Source: an uncultured Lachnospiraceae bacterium
GTDB lineage: Bacteria; Bacillota; Clostridia; Lachnospirales; Lachnospiraceae
Reading direction: 5' to 3'
Assembly (NCBI GenBank): GCA_949502235.1
Contig: CATBDC010000012.1
Location: 7,473 to 71,472, forward strand
DNA: 64,000 nt
A program made the position numbers and the translations under genes. Each line of letters begins with the position of its first letter. Position 1 is the first letter of the stretch. The notes beneath the pieces were generated by a model that searched no databases, was not told the origin of the DNA, and was given only the letters and a program-made list of their open reading frames with translations. Below are positions 49,150 through 57,621 of this stretch, piece by piece.

Positions 49150-49172
49150 GTAGTATTTTAGTGGAAGATGAA

Positions 49173-49227
49173 GCAGCGGACGAAAAATGTTACAGTGAAC
49201 AGTATCATTTTTCGTCCGCTGCTTTTT
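49173..49227 (+). terminator. Intrinsic terminator with a 17-bp stem whose loop carries a copy of the dispersed repeat
   Basis: GCAGCGGACGAAAAATG pairs with CATTTTTCGTCCGCTGC and is followed by TTTTT. Positions 49189-49206 read GTTACAGTGAACAGTATC. Confidence 0.85.
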
Positions 49228-49253
49228 ATGTTTTACCTTTGGTGGAAACTTTA

Positions 49254-49358
49254 TTTTCAGAAACTATATTCCATTTAGAAAATAGGGGGTGTATAATAAA
49301 GGCGTAATTTAAGCTGACCATATTAATCAAGTAGTTAAGAAGGGAATTGTAATGGAAA
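49254..49358 (+). repeat. Copy 1 of a ~100-bp duplicated promoter/leader (includes TGTATAAT and the first codons ATGGAAA)
   Basis: Aligns with 49972-50075 (TTCAGAnACTATATTCCATTTAGAAAAT..GGGGTGTATAATA...GTAATTT.AGCTG...GGAATT.TAATGGAAA). Confidence 0.85.
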
Positions 49359-49708
49359 GAAACAATAAGAAAAATTATCCGTTCCGCATGATAATCTCTT
49401 TTATGATGCTTCTTTTTGCTATATGCTTAATTATGAATGTACTCTTTTGCAGTACTTATAATCTTTATGAATTGTCAGATGTGGCAGCAGTTGAGACGCA
49501 GACAATTTCCGAAGGTATCGCAGCCAATGGAGATGGTGATAATACTTCTTGTCTGAAAATACACCCGATACCCGCGGCTGCAGCCATTTCAAATGGATTC
49601 GGCTTGTTTTTCCCTGTTATACTTTTCCTTTGTTTTCTTTTAAACGCGTTTATATTATTGCCTGATAAATGGACATTAATTAATCAGAAGGTACGTCTGG
49701 ATAATTGA
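49352..49708 (+). CDS. Hypothetical small membrane protein
   Basis: 118-aa ORF with two hydrophobic segments. Preceded by the duplicated leader. No recognisable family. Confidence 0.4.
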   Translation: MERNNKKNYPFRMIISFMMLLFAICLIMNVLFCSTYNLYELSDVAAVETQTISEGIAANGDGDNTSCLKIHPIPAAAAISNGFGLFFPVILFLCFLLNAFILLPDKWTLINQKVRLDN

Positions 49709-49782
49709 ATTAACTCCTTTTCGAATCATAAAAAAACGCTCATTTCAGAGCGAAGCAGAAATCGAACGGGAGGATTATATGA

Positions 49783-49941
49783 ATGAAGGAAAAGATATAT
49801 AAATGGTTCCTCGTTTTAATGGTGAGCCTGTCTTTAGGTTCGGGGCCTGCAGCCCAAAATGAGGTACGAAAGATGCTCGAAGCTCTTTCTACAACAGATT
49901 CGGTGCAAATTCAGGATCTTGATGAGGAGGAACTTGAATAG
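49783..49941 (+). CDS. Candidate 52-aa secreted peptide (below the ORF-track cutoff)
   Basis: My own translation: MKEKIYKWFLVLMVSLSLGSGPAAQNEVRKMLEALSTTDSVQIQDLDEEELE. GGGAGG lies about 8-12 nt upstream. Has a signal-peptide-like N-terminus and an acidic tail. Confidence 0.3.
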   Translation: MKEKIYKWFLVLMVSLSLGSGPAAQNEVRKMLEALSTTDSVQIQDLDEEELE

Positions 49942-49971
49942 TAACGGAAGTCGGATAAATAAGTAAGTTAA

Positions 49972-50075
49972 TTCAGATACTATATTCCATTTAGAAAATG
50001 AGGGGTGTATAATAGAGATGTAATTTGAGCTGGCTGTATGAGCCGCAGCAGTTAGGAAAGGAATTATAATGGAAA
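49972..50075 (+). repeat. Copy 2 of the duplicated promoter/leader
   Basis: See copy 1. This copy precedes the AAA-ATPase/PD-(D/E)XK gene. Confidence 0.85.
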
Positions 50076-51790
50076 TAAAGAAAAAGCTTCCAATTGGGGT
50101 TGAGTTTTTTGAGCATTTCAGGCGGGATAATTTTTACTACGTTGACAAGACAGGATTTATCCGGGATTTGGTGAATACAAGGGGCAGTGTGAATCTGATT
50201 ACAAGGCCCCGGAGATTTGGAAAGAGTCTGAACATGGATATGCTGAAAAGTTTTTTTAAGATAGGGACAGATACGACTCTATTTGACGGGATGGAGATCT
50301 CAAAAGAAAGAGATGTCTGTGAACAGTACATGGGAAAATATCCGGTAGTCTCCATTAGTCTGAAGGATGTAGAAGGAACGAATTTTCAGATAGCATATGA
50401 TATGCTGGGAGCTGTGGTAAGCGAGGAGGCAGGTCATTTTGAATTTTTATTGGAGAGCCATAAATTATCACAAAATGATAAGAAAAAACTGCTCCGCCTG
50501 CTGGAAGGGGATTTTGAAAAAGAGGCTTATCTGTATAACAGTCTGCGGCTTTTAACAGAATTGCTTTTTAAACACTACGGTATTCCGGTAATCGTCTTAA
50601 TTGACGAATATGACGTGCCTCTGGATAAAGCATATCAGGATGGCTTTTACGGGGAGATGGTACGGCTTATCCGTTCTTTATTCAGTCAGGTATTTAAGAC
50701 AAATCCGAATATTTATTTTGCAGTTATTACAGGGTGTCTTAGGATTGCAAGAGAGAGTATTTTTACGGGCCTGAATAACTTCAAGGTAAGAACTATTTCC
50801 GACATAGATTTTGCAGAGTATTTCGGTTTTACGGACAGGGAAGTCATGGAGATGCTGTCCTACTATGGACTAGAAGATTCTTTTGAGCAGATAAAGGAGT
50901 GGTATGACGGGTATCATTTCGGAAATGTGGATGTATACTGTCCGTGGGATGTAATTAACCAGTGTGATAAGCTGAGGGCATGGAAAGAAGCTCCGATGGA
51001 GGCACATTGGGAGAACAGCAGCAGTAATGCGATTGTGCAGGACATTCTTTCATCCGCAACGGAAACAACGAAAAGCCAGATGGAGGCTTTGATTTCCGGA
51101 GAAGCGGTGGAAAAAAGGCTGATTCCGGAACTGACATATACGGATTTAGGCAGTGAAGATGAAGAAGTGCGGCAGACCTATTTGTGGAGTGTGCTGTTTG
51201 CGACCGGATATTTGACAGATGCGGGCAAGCCTCAAAATGGGGTGCACAGGCTTGTAATTCCCAACAGAGAAGTGCTTAAGATTTTTGAAAAAAGGATTCA
51301 CTCTTGGTTTAAGATGAGGATTACCAGTGATACGGACAGGTGGAAGCAGTTCTGCGGGGCTGTAAAATCAGGGGACTACATGAAAGTAGAGAGTCTGTTC
51401 AATGAGTTTATGGCGGAATCTATCAGTGTCAGGGATACTTATGTAAAGAAGGAAATGAAAGAAAACTTCTACCATGGTATGCTTTTGGGGCTTTTGCGTG
51501 CAGAAGGAAGCTGGATCATAAAGTCAAACGTGGAATCAGGCATAGGGTATACCGATATCAGACTGGAAATTCCCAGGGAAAAGACCGGATGCATTATTGA
51601 AGTAAAATATGCGGAAAACGGCCGGTATGACAGGGAATGTGAAGAGGCTATGAAACAAATTGAAGAGAACGGATATGCTGAAACTCTGACAGAGGACGGT
51701 ATGCAGACAATTCATAAATATGGAATTGCATGTTATAAGAAAAGCTGCAGGGTATCCTATCAGGCAGAGCAAAAAGGAGCGTTATTATAA
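50069..51790 (+). CDS. AAA-ATPase-like + PD-(D/E)XK nuclease (PDDEXK_9 / DUF1703-type) fusion protein
   Basis: N-terminal KKLPIGVEFFEHF...YYVDKTGFI...TRPRRFGKSL (predicted AAA-ATPase family). C-terminal GYTDIRLE...CIIEVKY nuclease-like motif. Confidence 0.8.
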   Translation: MEIKKKLPIGVEFFEHFRRDNFYYVDKTGFIRDLVNTRGSVNLITRPRRFGKSLNMDMLKSFFKIGTDTTLFDGMEISKERDVCEQYMGKYPVVSISLKDVEGTNFQIAYDMLGAVVSEEAGHFEFLLESHKLSQNDKKKLLRLLEGDFEKEAYLYNSLRLLTELLFKHYGIPVIVLIDEYDVPLDKAYQDGFYGEMVRLIRSLFSQVFKTNPNIYFAVITGCLRIARESIFTGLNNFKVRTISDIDFAEYFGFTDREVMEMLSYYGLEDSFEQIKEWYDGYHFGNVDVYCPWDVINQCDKLRAWKEAPMEAHWENSSSNAIVQDILSSATETTKSQMEALISGEAVEKRLIPELTYTDLGSEDEEVRQTYLWSVLFATGYLTDAGKPQNGVHRLVIPNREVLKIFEKRIHSWFKMRITSDTDRWKQFCGAVKSGDYMKVESLFNEFMAESISVRDTYVKKEMKENFYHGMLLGLLRAEGSWIIKSNVESGIGYTDIRLEIPREKTGCIIEVKYAENGRYDRECEEAMKQIEENGYAETLTEDGMQTIHKYGIACYKKSCRVSYQAEQKGALL

Positions 51791-51813
51791 AAAAGATAAA
51801 GGAGGAGCCTGAT

Positions 51814-52323
51814 ATGGGCAAAATTACGTACCGCAATCCAGTAGTGGAGGATGCAGAGAAAATTGTGGAGTTTTACAATTATGTGGGAGGGGAGACGAGC
51901 TATCTAAGCTTTGAAAAGGATGAATATCCTCTGGATGTAAAGGCACAGGAGGACATCAAGGGGCTTGAGGGCAATGTGAACAACACCATGCTTTTAGCCC
52001 TTGACGGGGAGGAAATCGTGGGAATTGCCACCATTTATTCCAGTCATAAGATCAAGTCCCGCCATGAGGGCGAGCTGGGGATCGTTGTGGCAAAAAAATA
52101 CCAGGGGCAGGGAATCGGGAGCACGTTGATTCAGATGCTGATTGACTGGTGTAAAGGAAACGGAGTGACTACAAGGATACGCCTGGATACAAGGACAGAT
52201 AACACGGCGGCGGCTTCCCTGTACATGAAATTCGGGTTTGTTGTGGAGGGGTGCTGCAAGAACCAGACACTTCTAAACGGCAGGTATTATGACCTTTATA
52301 TTATGGGAATGATGATTAAATAG
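51814..52323 (+). CDS. GNAT family N-acetyltransferase
   Basis: Acetyl-CoA loop (YQGQGIGSTL). 169 aa. Confidence 0.85.
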   Translation: MGKITYRNPVVEDAEKIVEFYNYVGGETSYLSFEKDEYPLDVKAQEDIKGLEGNVNNTMLLALDGEEIVGIATIYSSHKIKSRHEGELGIVVAKKYQGQGIGSTLIQMLIDWCKGNGVTTRIRLDTRTDNTAAASLYMKFGFVVEGCCKNQTLLNGRYYDLYIMGMMIK

Positions 52324-52808
52324 AGTATATGGACAAAGGGGCCGGTTATAAAAGCGGCCCCATAATATTAGCAGTAGCCGCAGCATCTACAATCCCCAGA
52401 TAGGAGAAAATCCGCAGTCTGCTGGATGCTTAAGTTATTGCTGATATATGCGTAAAGCTCTAATTATAGGTAATGAAAAGCTTCAGTGCTTTTGCGGCGA
52501 CAGAGAGGAGCTACCCGTCCCGGCTTTGCGGGCAATACAAATACAAAGGTCGTCTCTGCCTATGGAGTATCATAGGCCTGCTCCCAGAATTGCAATTCAA
52601 AAAAGAAATGTAATGCCTGAGTCTAACCGCTCAGGCAATTTCTTTATACATTGGGAGGAGACAAAGGAATTTATTATTTATCAGATAGCAAGAAGAATGG
52701 CAGGTTTTAATTACAACAATAAGCGCTATTGACAGTGGATCTTTCTGAAAAAATCTGTATAATTAAGTTAGAAAAACAGGATATGATTCTGTAAAGGAGG
52801 AGTGGCTA

Positions 52809-54002
52809 ATGCTTACAAATGAATTTAAAGGAATCAGGTTATCCCGTCTGGGATTTGGAGCGATGCGCCTGCCGGTAACAGGAGATGACGCAGCTTCTAT
52901 CGATGAGGAGCAGGTAGACAGGATGGTGGATTACTGTCTTTCCCATGGCGTGAATTATTTTGATACGGCATATCCATATCATGGAGGTATGTCGGAAAGG
53001 GTGATCGGCAGGTCTCTGTCGCGCTATCCAAGGGAAAGCTACTATCTTGCGACCAAATATCCGGGCCATCAGATCAGCCAGAGCTATGACCCGAAAGCTG
53101 TTTTTGAAGAGCAGCTTAAAAAATGCGGCGTGGAATATTTTGATTTTTATTTATTACATAATGTGTATGAAAATTCCATTCAGGTGTATAAGGACGAACG
53201 ATGGGGAATTCTGGATTATTTTGCAGAGCAGAAAAGGCTTGGGAGAATCAGGCATCTGGGATTTTCCTGTCACGGCAGCATCGATACATTAAGGGATTTC
53301 CTTGATTATTGCGGTGGGAGGATGGAATTCTGCCAGATCCAGCTCAACTATCTTGACTGGACCCTGCAGGATGCAAAGGAAAAATATGAGCTTTTAACAG
53401 AACGCGGCGTTGGCGTATGGGTGATGGAGCCTGTACGGGGTGGAAGGCTTGCCGCTCTTTCGGAAAAAGAGAATGAGGCGCTTCATGCATTGCGCCCGGA
53501 CGAGACAAGCGCCGCCTGGGCATTTCGTTTCCTTTTAGGTCTTCCAAATGTGAAAATGATCTTAAGCGGAATGTCTAATCTGGAACAGGTAAAGGAAAAT
53601 GTGGAAACATTCTCCGAGGAAAAACCGCTTACTAAGGAAGAGCAGAAGACGCTTTTAGATATAGCGGAAGGGATGAAGGATTCCATTCCCTGTACAGCCT
53701 GCCGCTATTGCTGCAACGGCTGCCCGAAGGGGCTTGATATTCCCATGCTGATTTCAGCTTACAATGAGATTAGGTTTTCCCCTTCGGTCAATATTTCAAT
53801 GCGGCTTGATGCCCTGCAGGAGGATAAGCGGCCGGATTCTTGTATCGGCTGTGGAAAGTGTGCGAAGATATGCCCGCAGAAGATAGATATCCCTGCTGCG
53901 ATGAAGGGACTGGCAGAGGAAATCGCAAAGCTTCCAAGCTGGGCTGAAATCTGCCGCCAGCGGGAAGAGGCTGCGAGAAAAATAAAAGAGCAGAATATGT
54001 AA
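52809..54002 (+). CDS. Aldo/keto reductase fused to a C-terminal 4Fe-4S ferredoxin-type domain
   Basis: AKR N-terminal region (LGFGAMRLP...NYFDTAYPYHGG) and two Cys clusters (CTACRYCCNGCP, CIGCGKCAKICP). Confidence 0.85.
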   Translation: MLTNEFKGIRLSRLGFGAMRLPVTGDDAASIDEEQVDRMVDYCLSHGVNYFDTAYPYHGGMSERVIGRSLSRYPRESYYLATKYPGHQISQSYDPKAVFEEQLKKCGVEYFDFYLLHNVYENSIQVYKDERWGILDYFAEQKRLGRIRHLGFSCHGSIDTLRDFLDYCGGRMEFCQIQLNYLDWTLQDAKEKYELLTERGVGVWVMEPVRGGRLAALSEKENEALHALRPDETSAAWAFRFLLGLPNVKMILSGMSNLEQVKENVETFSEEKPLTKEEQKTLLDIAEGMKDSIPCTACRYCCNGCPKGLDIPMLISAYNEIRFSPSVNISMRLDALQEDKRPDSCIGCGKCAKICPQKIDIPAAMKGLAEEIAKLPSWAEICRQREEAARKIKEQNM

Positions 54003-54071
54003 CCTTTACACCTTGGCAGCAATCCAATGTAAATAAGGAAGAGTAATCCGGGAGAGGTCAGGTATGATGAT

Positions 54072-54557
54072 ATGGGTCGGTTGATAAAAACGTTCAGTAA
54101 TGGTGCATTTTTAGAATATGACAAGGGAAGCTTTGATGATTGGTGTGTGTATTTAACTTGTCCTGACGGCAGGAAAAATCCGCCGCGTGATATGGATTAT
54201 TTTATGCAGCTAAAGAAGCTGGCAGATAAATATGGTGTGCAGACGATATATAACGACTATGTAAAGGTGTATGAGCTGACCACAAAAAGCGTGGATGAAC
54301 GGGTGCTTAAAAGTATTTCGCGGATTGCGTCCGCTTATGATGAGGATGCGCTTAATGTAGATATAATCTTTTCAATTTTATATATGGCTATGATAGCTGA
54401 AGAACGGAAGGAAAATACACGGCTTGGGAAAAGAATTAAGAGACTGGGAATCTACAAGCTGCTGTATGATAAAAGCAGTGTATATGAGGCTGCGAATTTT
54501 ATGCGGGGTATGAAGTGGAGAGATATTTCAGAGCTTTGTACGGAACATGGTTTCTAA
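54072..54557 (+). CDS. Hypothetical protein
   Basis: 161-aa ORF with coding-like composition. No motif I can place. Confidence 0.45.
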   Translation: MGRLIKTFSNGAFLEYDKGSFDDWCVYLTCPDGRKNPPRDMDYFMQLKKLADKYGVQTIYNDYVKVYELTTKSVDERVLKSISRIASAYDEDALNVDIIFSILYMAMIAEERKENTRLGKRIKRLGIYKLLYDKSSVYEAANFMRGMKWRDISELCTEHGF

Positions 54558-54689
54558 TGCTGAGGCATTCCTGACCCGTGAAAAGTAATGTAAACTCATA
54601 AAATGTAGAAATTTGCGTTTTTTTCTTCTATATTCTGACAGAAATTTCCTGTACAATATAAACAGAATTGCTGAAAGGGGTCAGATGAA

Positions 54690-55061
54690 ATGAATAGAAT
54701 GAAAGAAAAAGAATTATCTGTCTGTATATGGATACATCATATAGCGACATTTGCAGGAATTGCAGAGGGGATTTATTATCTTGCCGCAAAAAGGCAGGGG
54801 TTTTTAAAGAGCTTTGGAATATTTTTATTTACGCTGCTTCAGTCATGGGCAGGAATTAAGATATTTAGGGATTTAAGGAGCGGCAGGTCAAGGCTTGCCG
54901 AAAGCTATGAAAATATAAAAAAACTGACAGACAGCAAGGGCAGGCAGAAGGGAATTCTTTTTGGACTTGCACTTAGTACGGCAGTGCTGAAAATACTGCC
55001 GGTACATATAGTTACTGTGAACGGAGTGAACAGTAACACACATATACTTGGGAATCGTTAG
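54690..55061 (+). CDS. Hypothetical small membrane protein; the 3' end runs through a repeat copy
   Basis: 123-aa ORF with hydrophobic segments. The last ~17 codons are encoded by the 27-nt repeat and its flanks. Confidence 0.35.
   Translation: MNRMKEKELSVCIWIHHIATFAGIAEGIYYLAAKRQGFLKSFGIFLFTLLQSWAGIKIFRDLRSGRSRLAESYENIKKLTDSKGRQKGILFGLALSTAVLKILPVHIVTVNGVNSNTHILGNR
55011..55037. repeat. 27-nt copy of the dispersed repeat (GTTACTGTGAACGGAGTGAACAGTAAC)
   Basis: Exact reverse complement of 37616-37642. ACATATA is present on both sides (55004-55010 and 55040-55046). Confidence 0.85.
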
Positions 55062-55137
55062 TTAAAATTTTATTTACTTGATATTTATGTAAATATGGAT
55101 TATGATGATTATATAAAATTTTTAGGAGGAACGTAAG

Positions 55138-56025
55138 ATGTATAAGATATTAAAAGCTGAGAAACTGGCTGATAAGATCTATCTTATGGATGTCGAAGCT
55201 CCGCGTGTTGCAAGGCACTGCGAGCCGGGACAGTTTGTGATTGTTAAGATGGATGAAAAAGGCGAGAGAATCCCGCTGACGATCTGCGATTATGACAGAG
55301 AAGCCGGGACGATAACAATTGTATTTCAGGAAATAGGTGCTTCTACCATGAAGATGTCCGGCCTGAAGGCAGGGGATTCCTTCCGCGATTTTATCGGCCC
55401 TCTCGGACGTCCGTCAGAATTCGTAGAAGAGGATATTGAAGCCTTAAAGAATAAGAAGATGCTGTTTGTAGCCGGCGGCGTGGGCGCGGCACCTGTTTAT
55501 CCGCAGGTAAAGTGGCTTAAGGAGCATGGCATAAAAGCGGATGTAATTGTGGGCGCCAAGACAAAGGACATGCTGATCCTTGAAAAAGAGATGGAAGAGG
55601 TTGCAGGCAATTATTATCCATGTACAGACGATGGTACATACGGCCATGCGGGCATGGTTACAACAAAGATAGAGAAGCTTGTGGAGGAAGGTAATAAGTA
55701 TGATGTGTGCGTTGCCATCGGACCGATGATTATGATGAAGTTTACCTGCCTTCTTACAAAGAAGCTTGAGATTCCTACGATTGTCAGCATGAATCCTATC
55801 ATGGTTGACGGAACCGGCATGTGCGGCGCCTGCCGTGTGATTGTAGGCGGAGAGGTGAAGTTTGCATGTGTGGACGGACCGGAGTTTGACGGGCATCTCG
55901 TAGATTTTGAAAATGCGATGAAGAGACAGCAGATGTACAGGACAGAGGAAGGCCGTGCGATTCTGAAGGTACAAGAGGGCGACACCCACCACGGTGGATG
56001 CGGTAATTGCGGAGGTGACAACTAA
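55138..56025 (+). CDS. nfnA: NfnA-type FAD/NAD(P)-binding and 2Fe-2S subunit (sulfide dehydrogenase / dihydroorotate dehydrogenase B electron-transfer-like)
   Basis: About 295 aa, C-terminal Cys cluster (GTGMCGACRV...FACVDGPEF). Sits immediately upstream of a GltD-like subunit. Confidence 0.8.
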   Translation: MYKILKAEKLADKIYLMDVEAPRVARHCEPGQFVIVKMDEKGERIPLTICDYDREAGTITIVFQEIGASTMKMSGLKAGDSFRDFIGPLGRPSEFVEEDIEALKNKKMLFVAGGVGAAPVYPQVKWLKEHGIKADVIVGAKTKDMLILEKEMEEVAGNYYPCTDDGTYGHAGMVTTKIEKLVEEGNKYDVCVAIGPMIMMKFTCLLTKKLEIPTIVSMNPIMVDGTGMCGACRVIVGGEVKFACVDGPEFDGHLVDFENAMKRQQMYRTEEGRAILKVQEGDTHHGGCGNCGGDN

Positions 56026-57413
56026 TGGCTGATGTATTAAAGAGAGTTCCTGTAAGAGAGCAGGACGCAAAGGAAAGAGCGACAAACTTCGAGGAAGTAT
56101 GTTATGGATATAATAAGGAAGAGGCGATGGAGGAGGCTTCACGCTGCCTTAATTGTAAAAATGCGAAATGTATCCAGGGATGCCCTGTTGCAATCAATAT
56201 CCCGGGCTTTATCTCCAAGGTAAAGGAAGGGGACATTGAGGGCGCATATAAGGTGATCGGTGAATCTTCGGCGCTTCCGGCTATCTGCGGCCGTGTATGT
56301 CCCCAGGAGTCCCAGTGTGAGTGCAAGTGTATTCGCGGCATCAAGGGCGATCCGGTATCTATCGGTAAGCTTGAGAGATATGTTGCAGATTATGCGTTGG
56401 AGAACGATATTAAGCCTGTTAAGGCAGAAAAGACTAATGGACACAAGGTTGCGGTTATCGGCTCCGGCCCGTCAGGCCTTACCTGCGCGGGAGATCTGGC
56501 AAAGCTGGGCTATGAGGTTACTGTATTTGAGGCGCTTCATGAGCTTGGCGGCGTGCTTGTATATGGTATTCCGGAGTTCCGTCTTCCGAAGCACAAGGTT
56601 GTAAAGAAAGAGATCGAGAAGGTAAAAGAATTAGGCGTTAAATTCGAGACAAACGTAGTGATCGGAAAATCCACCACCATTGACCAGCTGATGGAGGAAG
56701 AGGACTTTGAGGCAGTATTTATCGGTTCCGGCGCAGGCCTTCCTATGTTCATGGGAATTCCTGGTGAGACGGCAAACGGCGTATTCTCCGCAAATGAGTA
56801 TCTGACAAGAAGCAATCTTATGAAGGCTTTTGATGATTCCTATGATACGCCTATCGTGGCGGGCAAGAAGGTTGCAGTTGTAGGCGGCGGTAATGTTGCG
56901 ATGGATGCTGCAAGAACTGCGCTTCGTCTGGGCGCGGAGGTACATATTGTATACCGCCGGAGCGAGGCAGAGCTTCCGGCCAGAGTAGAGGAAGTACACC
57001 ATGCGAAGGAAGAGGGCGTTATCTTTGACCTTCTTACAAACCCGAAGGAGATCCTTGTAGATGAGAATGGCTGGGTGAAGGGAATGGTTGTTGTAAAGAT
57101 GGAGCTTGGGGAGCCAGATGCTTCCGGCAGAAGACGTCCGGTAGAGATTCCGGGTTCCGAATATGAGATTGAGTTAGATACAGTTATCATGTCTCTTGGA
57201 ACCTCACCGAATCCGCTTATTGCATCTACTACCAAGGGTCTTGAGACAAACAGGAGAAAATGTATCGTGGCAGAGGAGGAAAACGGACAGACATCAAAGG
57301 CCGCAGTATTCGCAGGCGGAGACGCAGTGACAGGTGCCGCAACGGTTATCCTTGCCATGGGAGCAGGAAAAGCCGGCGCCAAGGGCATTCATGAGCTGCT
57401 GTCCGGGAAATAA
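56025..57413 (+). CDS. nfnB: NfnB / GltD-like NADPH-dependent oxidoreductase subunit (glutamate synthase small-chain family)
   Basis: N-terminal Fe-S Cys motifs (CLNCKNAKC...GCP; CGRVCP), dinucleotide folds (VAVIGSGPSGL, VAVVGGGNVAMD). ATG overlaps the nfnA stop. Confidence 0.85.
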   Translation: MADVLKRVPVREQDAKERATNFEEVCYGYNKEEAMEEASRCLNCKNAKCIQGCPVAINIPGFISKVKEGDIEGAYKVIGESSALPAICGRVCPQESQCECKCIRGIKGDPVSIGKLERYVADYALENDIKPVKAEKTNGHKVAVIGSGPSGLTCAGDLAKLGYEVTVFEALHELGGVLVYGIPEFRLPKHKVVKKEIEKVKELGVKFETNVVIGKSTTIDQLMEEEDFEAVFIGSGAGLPMFMGIPGETANGVFSANEYLTRSNLMKAFDDSYDTPIVAGKKVAVVGGGNVAMDAARTALRLGAEVHIVYRRSEAELPARVEEVHHAKEEGVIFDLLTNPKEILVDENGWVKGMVVVKMELGEPDASGRRRPVEIPGSEYEIELDTVIMSLGTSPNPLIASTTKGLETNRRKCIVAEEENGQTSKAAVFAGGDAVTGAATVILAMGAGKAGAKGIHELLSGK

Positions 57414-57451
57414 TTTGTTATAAATGAGCAGGGGATTTGTTCCGGCTATGT

Positions 57452-57495
57452 AAAATGTGCTGTACAGATTGTAAGACTTGTACAGCACATTTTTT
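57452..57495 (+). terminator. Intrinsic terminator of nfnAB
   Basis: AAAATGTGCTGTACA pairs with TGTACAGCACATTTT (15 bp) and runs into a T-tract. Confidence 0.85.
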
Positions 57496-57621
57496 GTGTA
57501 CTGTATGAAAGATTTCCACCTGTACGGTTGGAGTATCTTTTTCGATGCACAGATGGAAAATTCATGTTATACTTATAGCAATTACGGAGAAAATAAAGGA
57601 AAAGGATGTAAAGGAGCTGAC

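Noticed and set aside
52340-52640. Possible tmRNA, SRP RNA or riboswitch on either strand
   Set aside because: I found no tRNA-like 3' end (TTCGAATC...CCA), no ...ALAA-stop tag frame, no SRP domain IV motif and no riboswitch core that I recognise. I left it as an open finding rather than a call.
52448-52732. 94-aa ORF in the long intergenic gap
   Set aside because: It has no RBS and no protein-like motif, and it runs through several strong hairpins. I treat it as non-coding.
55081-55096. ATATTTATGTAAATAT inverted repeat upstream of nfnA as an operator
   Set aside because: It is purely A/T, short and in an AT-rich spacer. It does not match the Rex consensus.
55444-56142. 232-aa ORF antisense across the nfnA/nfnB junction
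   Set aside because: It overlaps two conserved genes. The product is His/Leu/Cys-rich nonsense-like sequence.
57496-57621. Zur/metal-regulator box upstream of the ZIP transporter gene
   Set aside because: I found no palindrome resembling the Firmicute Zur box (AAATCGTAAT-N-ATTACGATTT type) in the leader.
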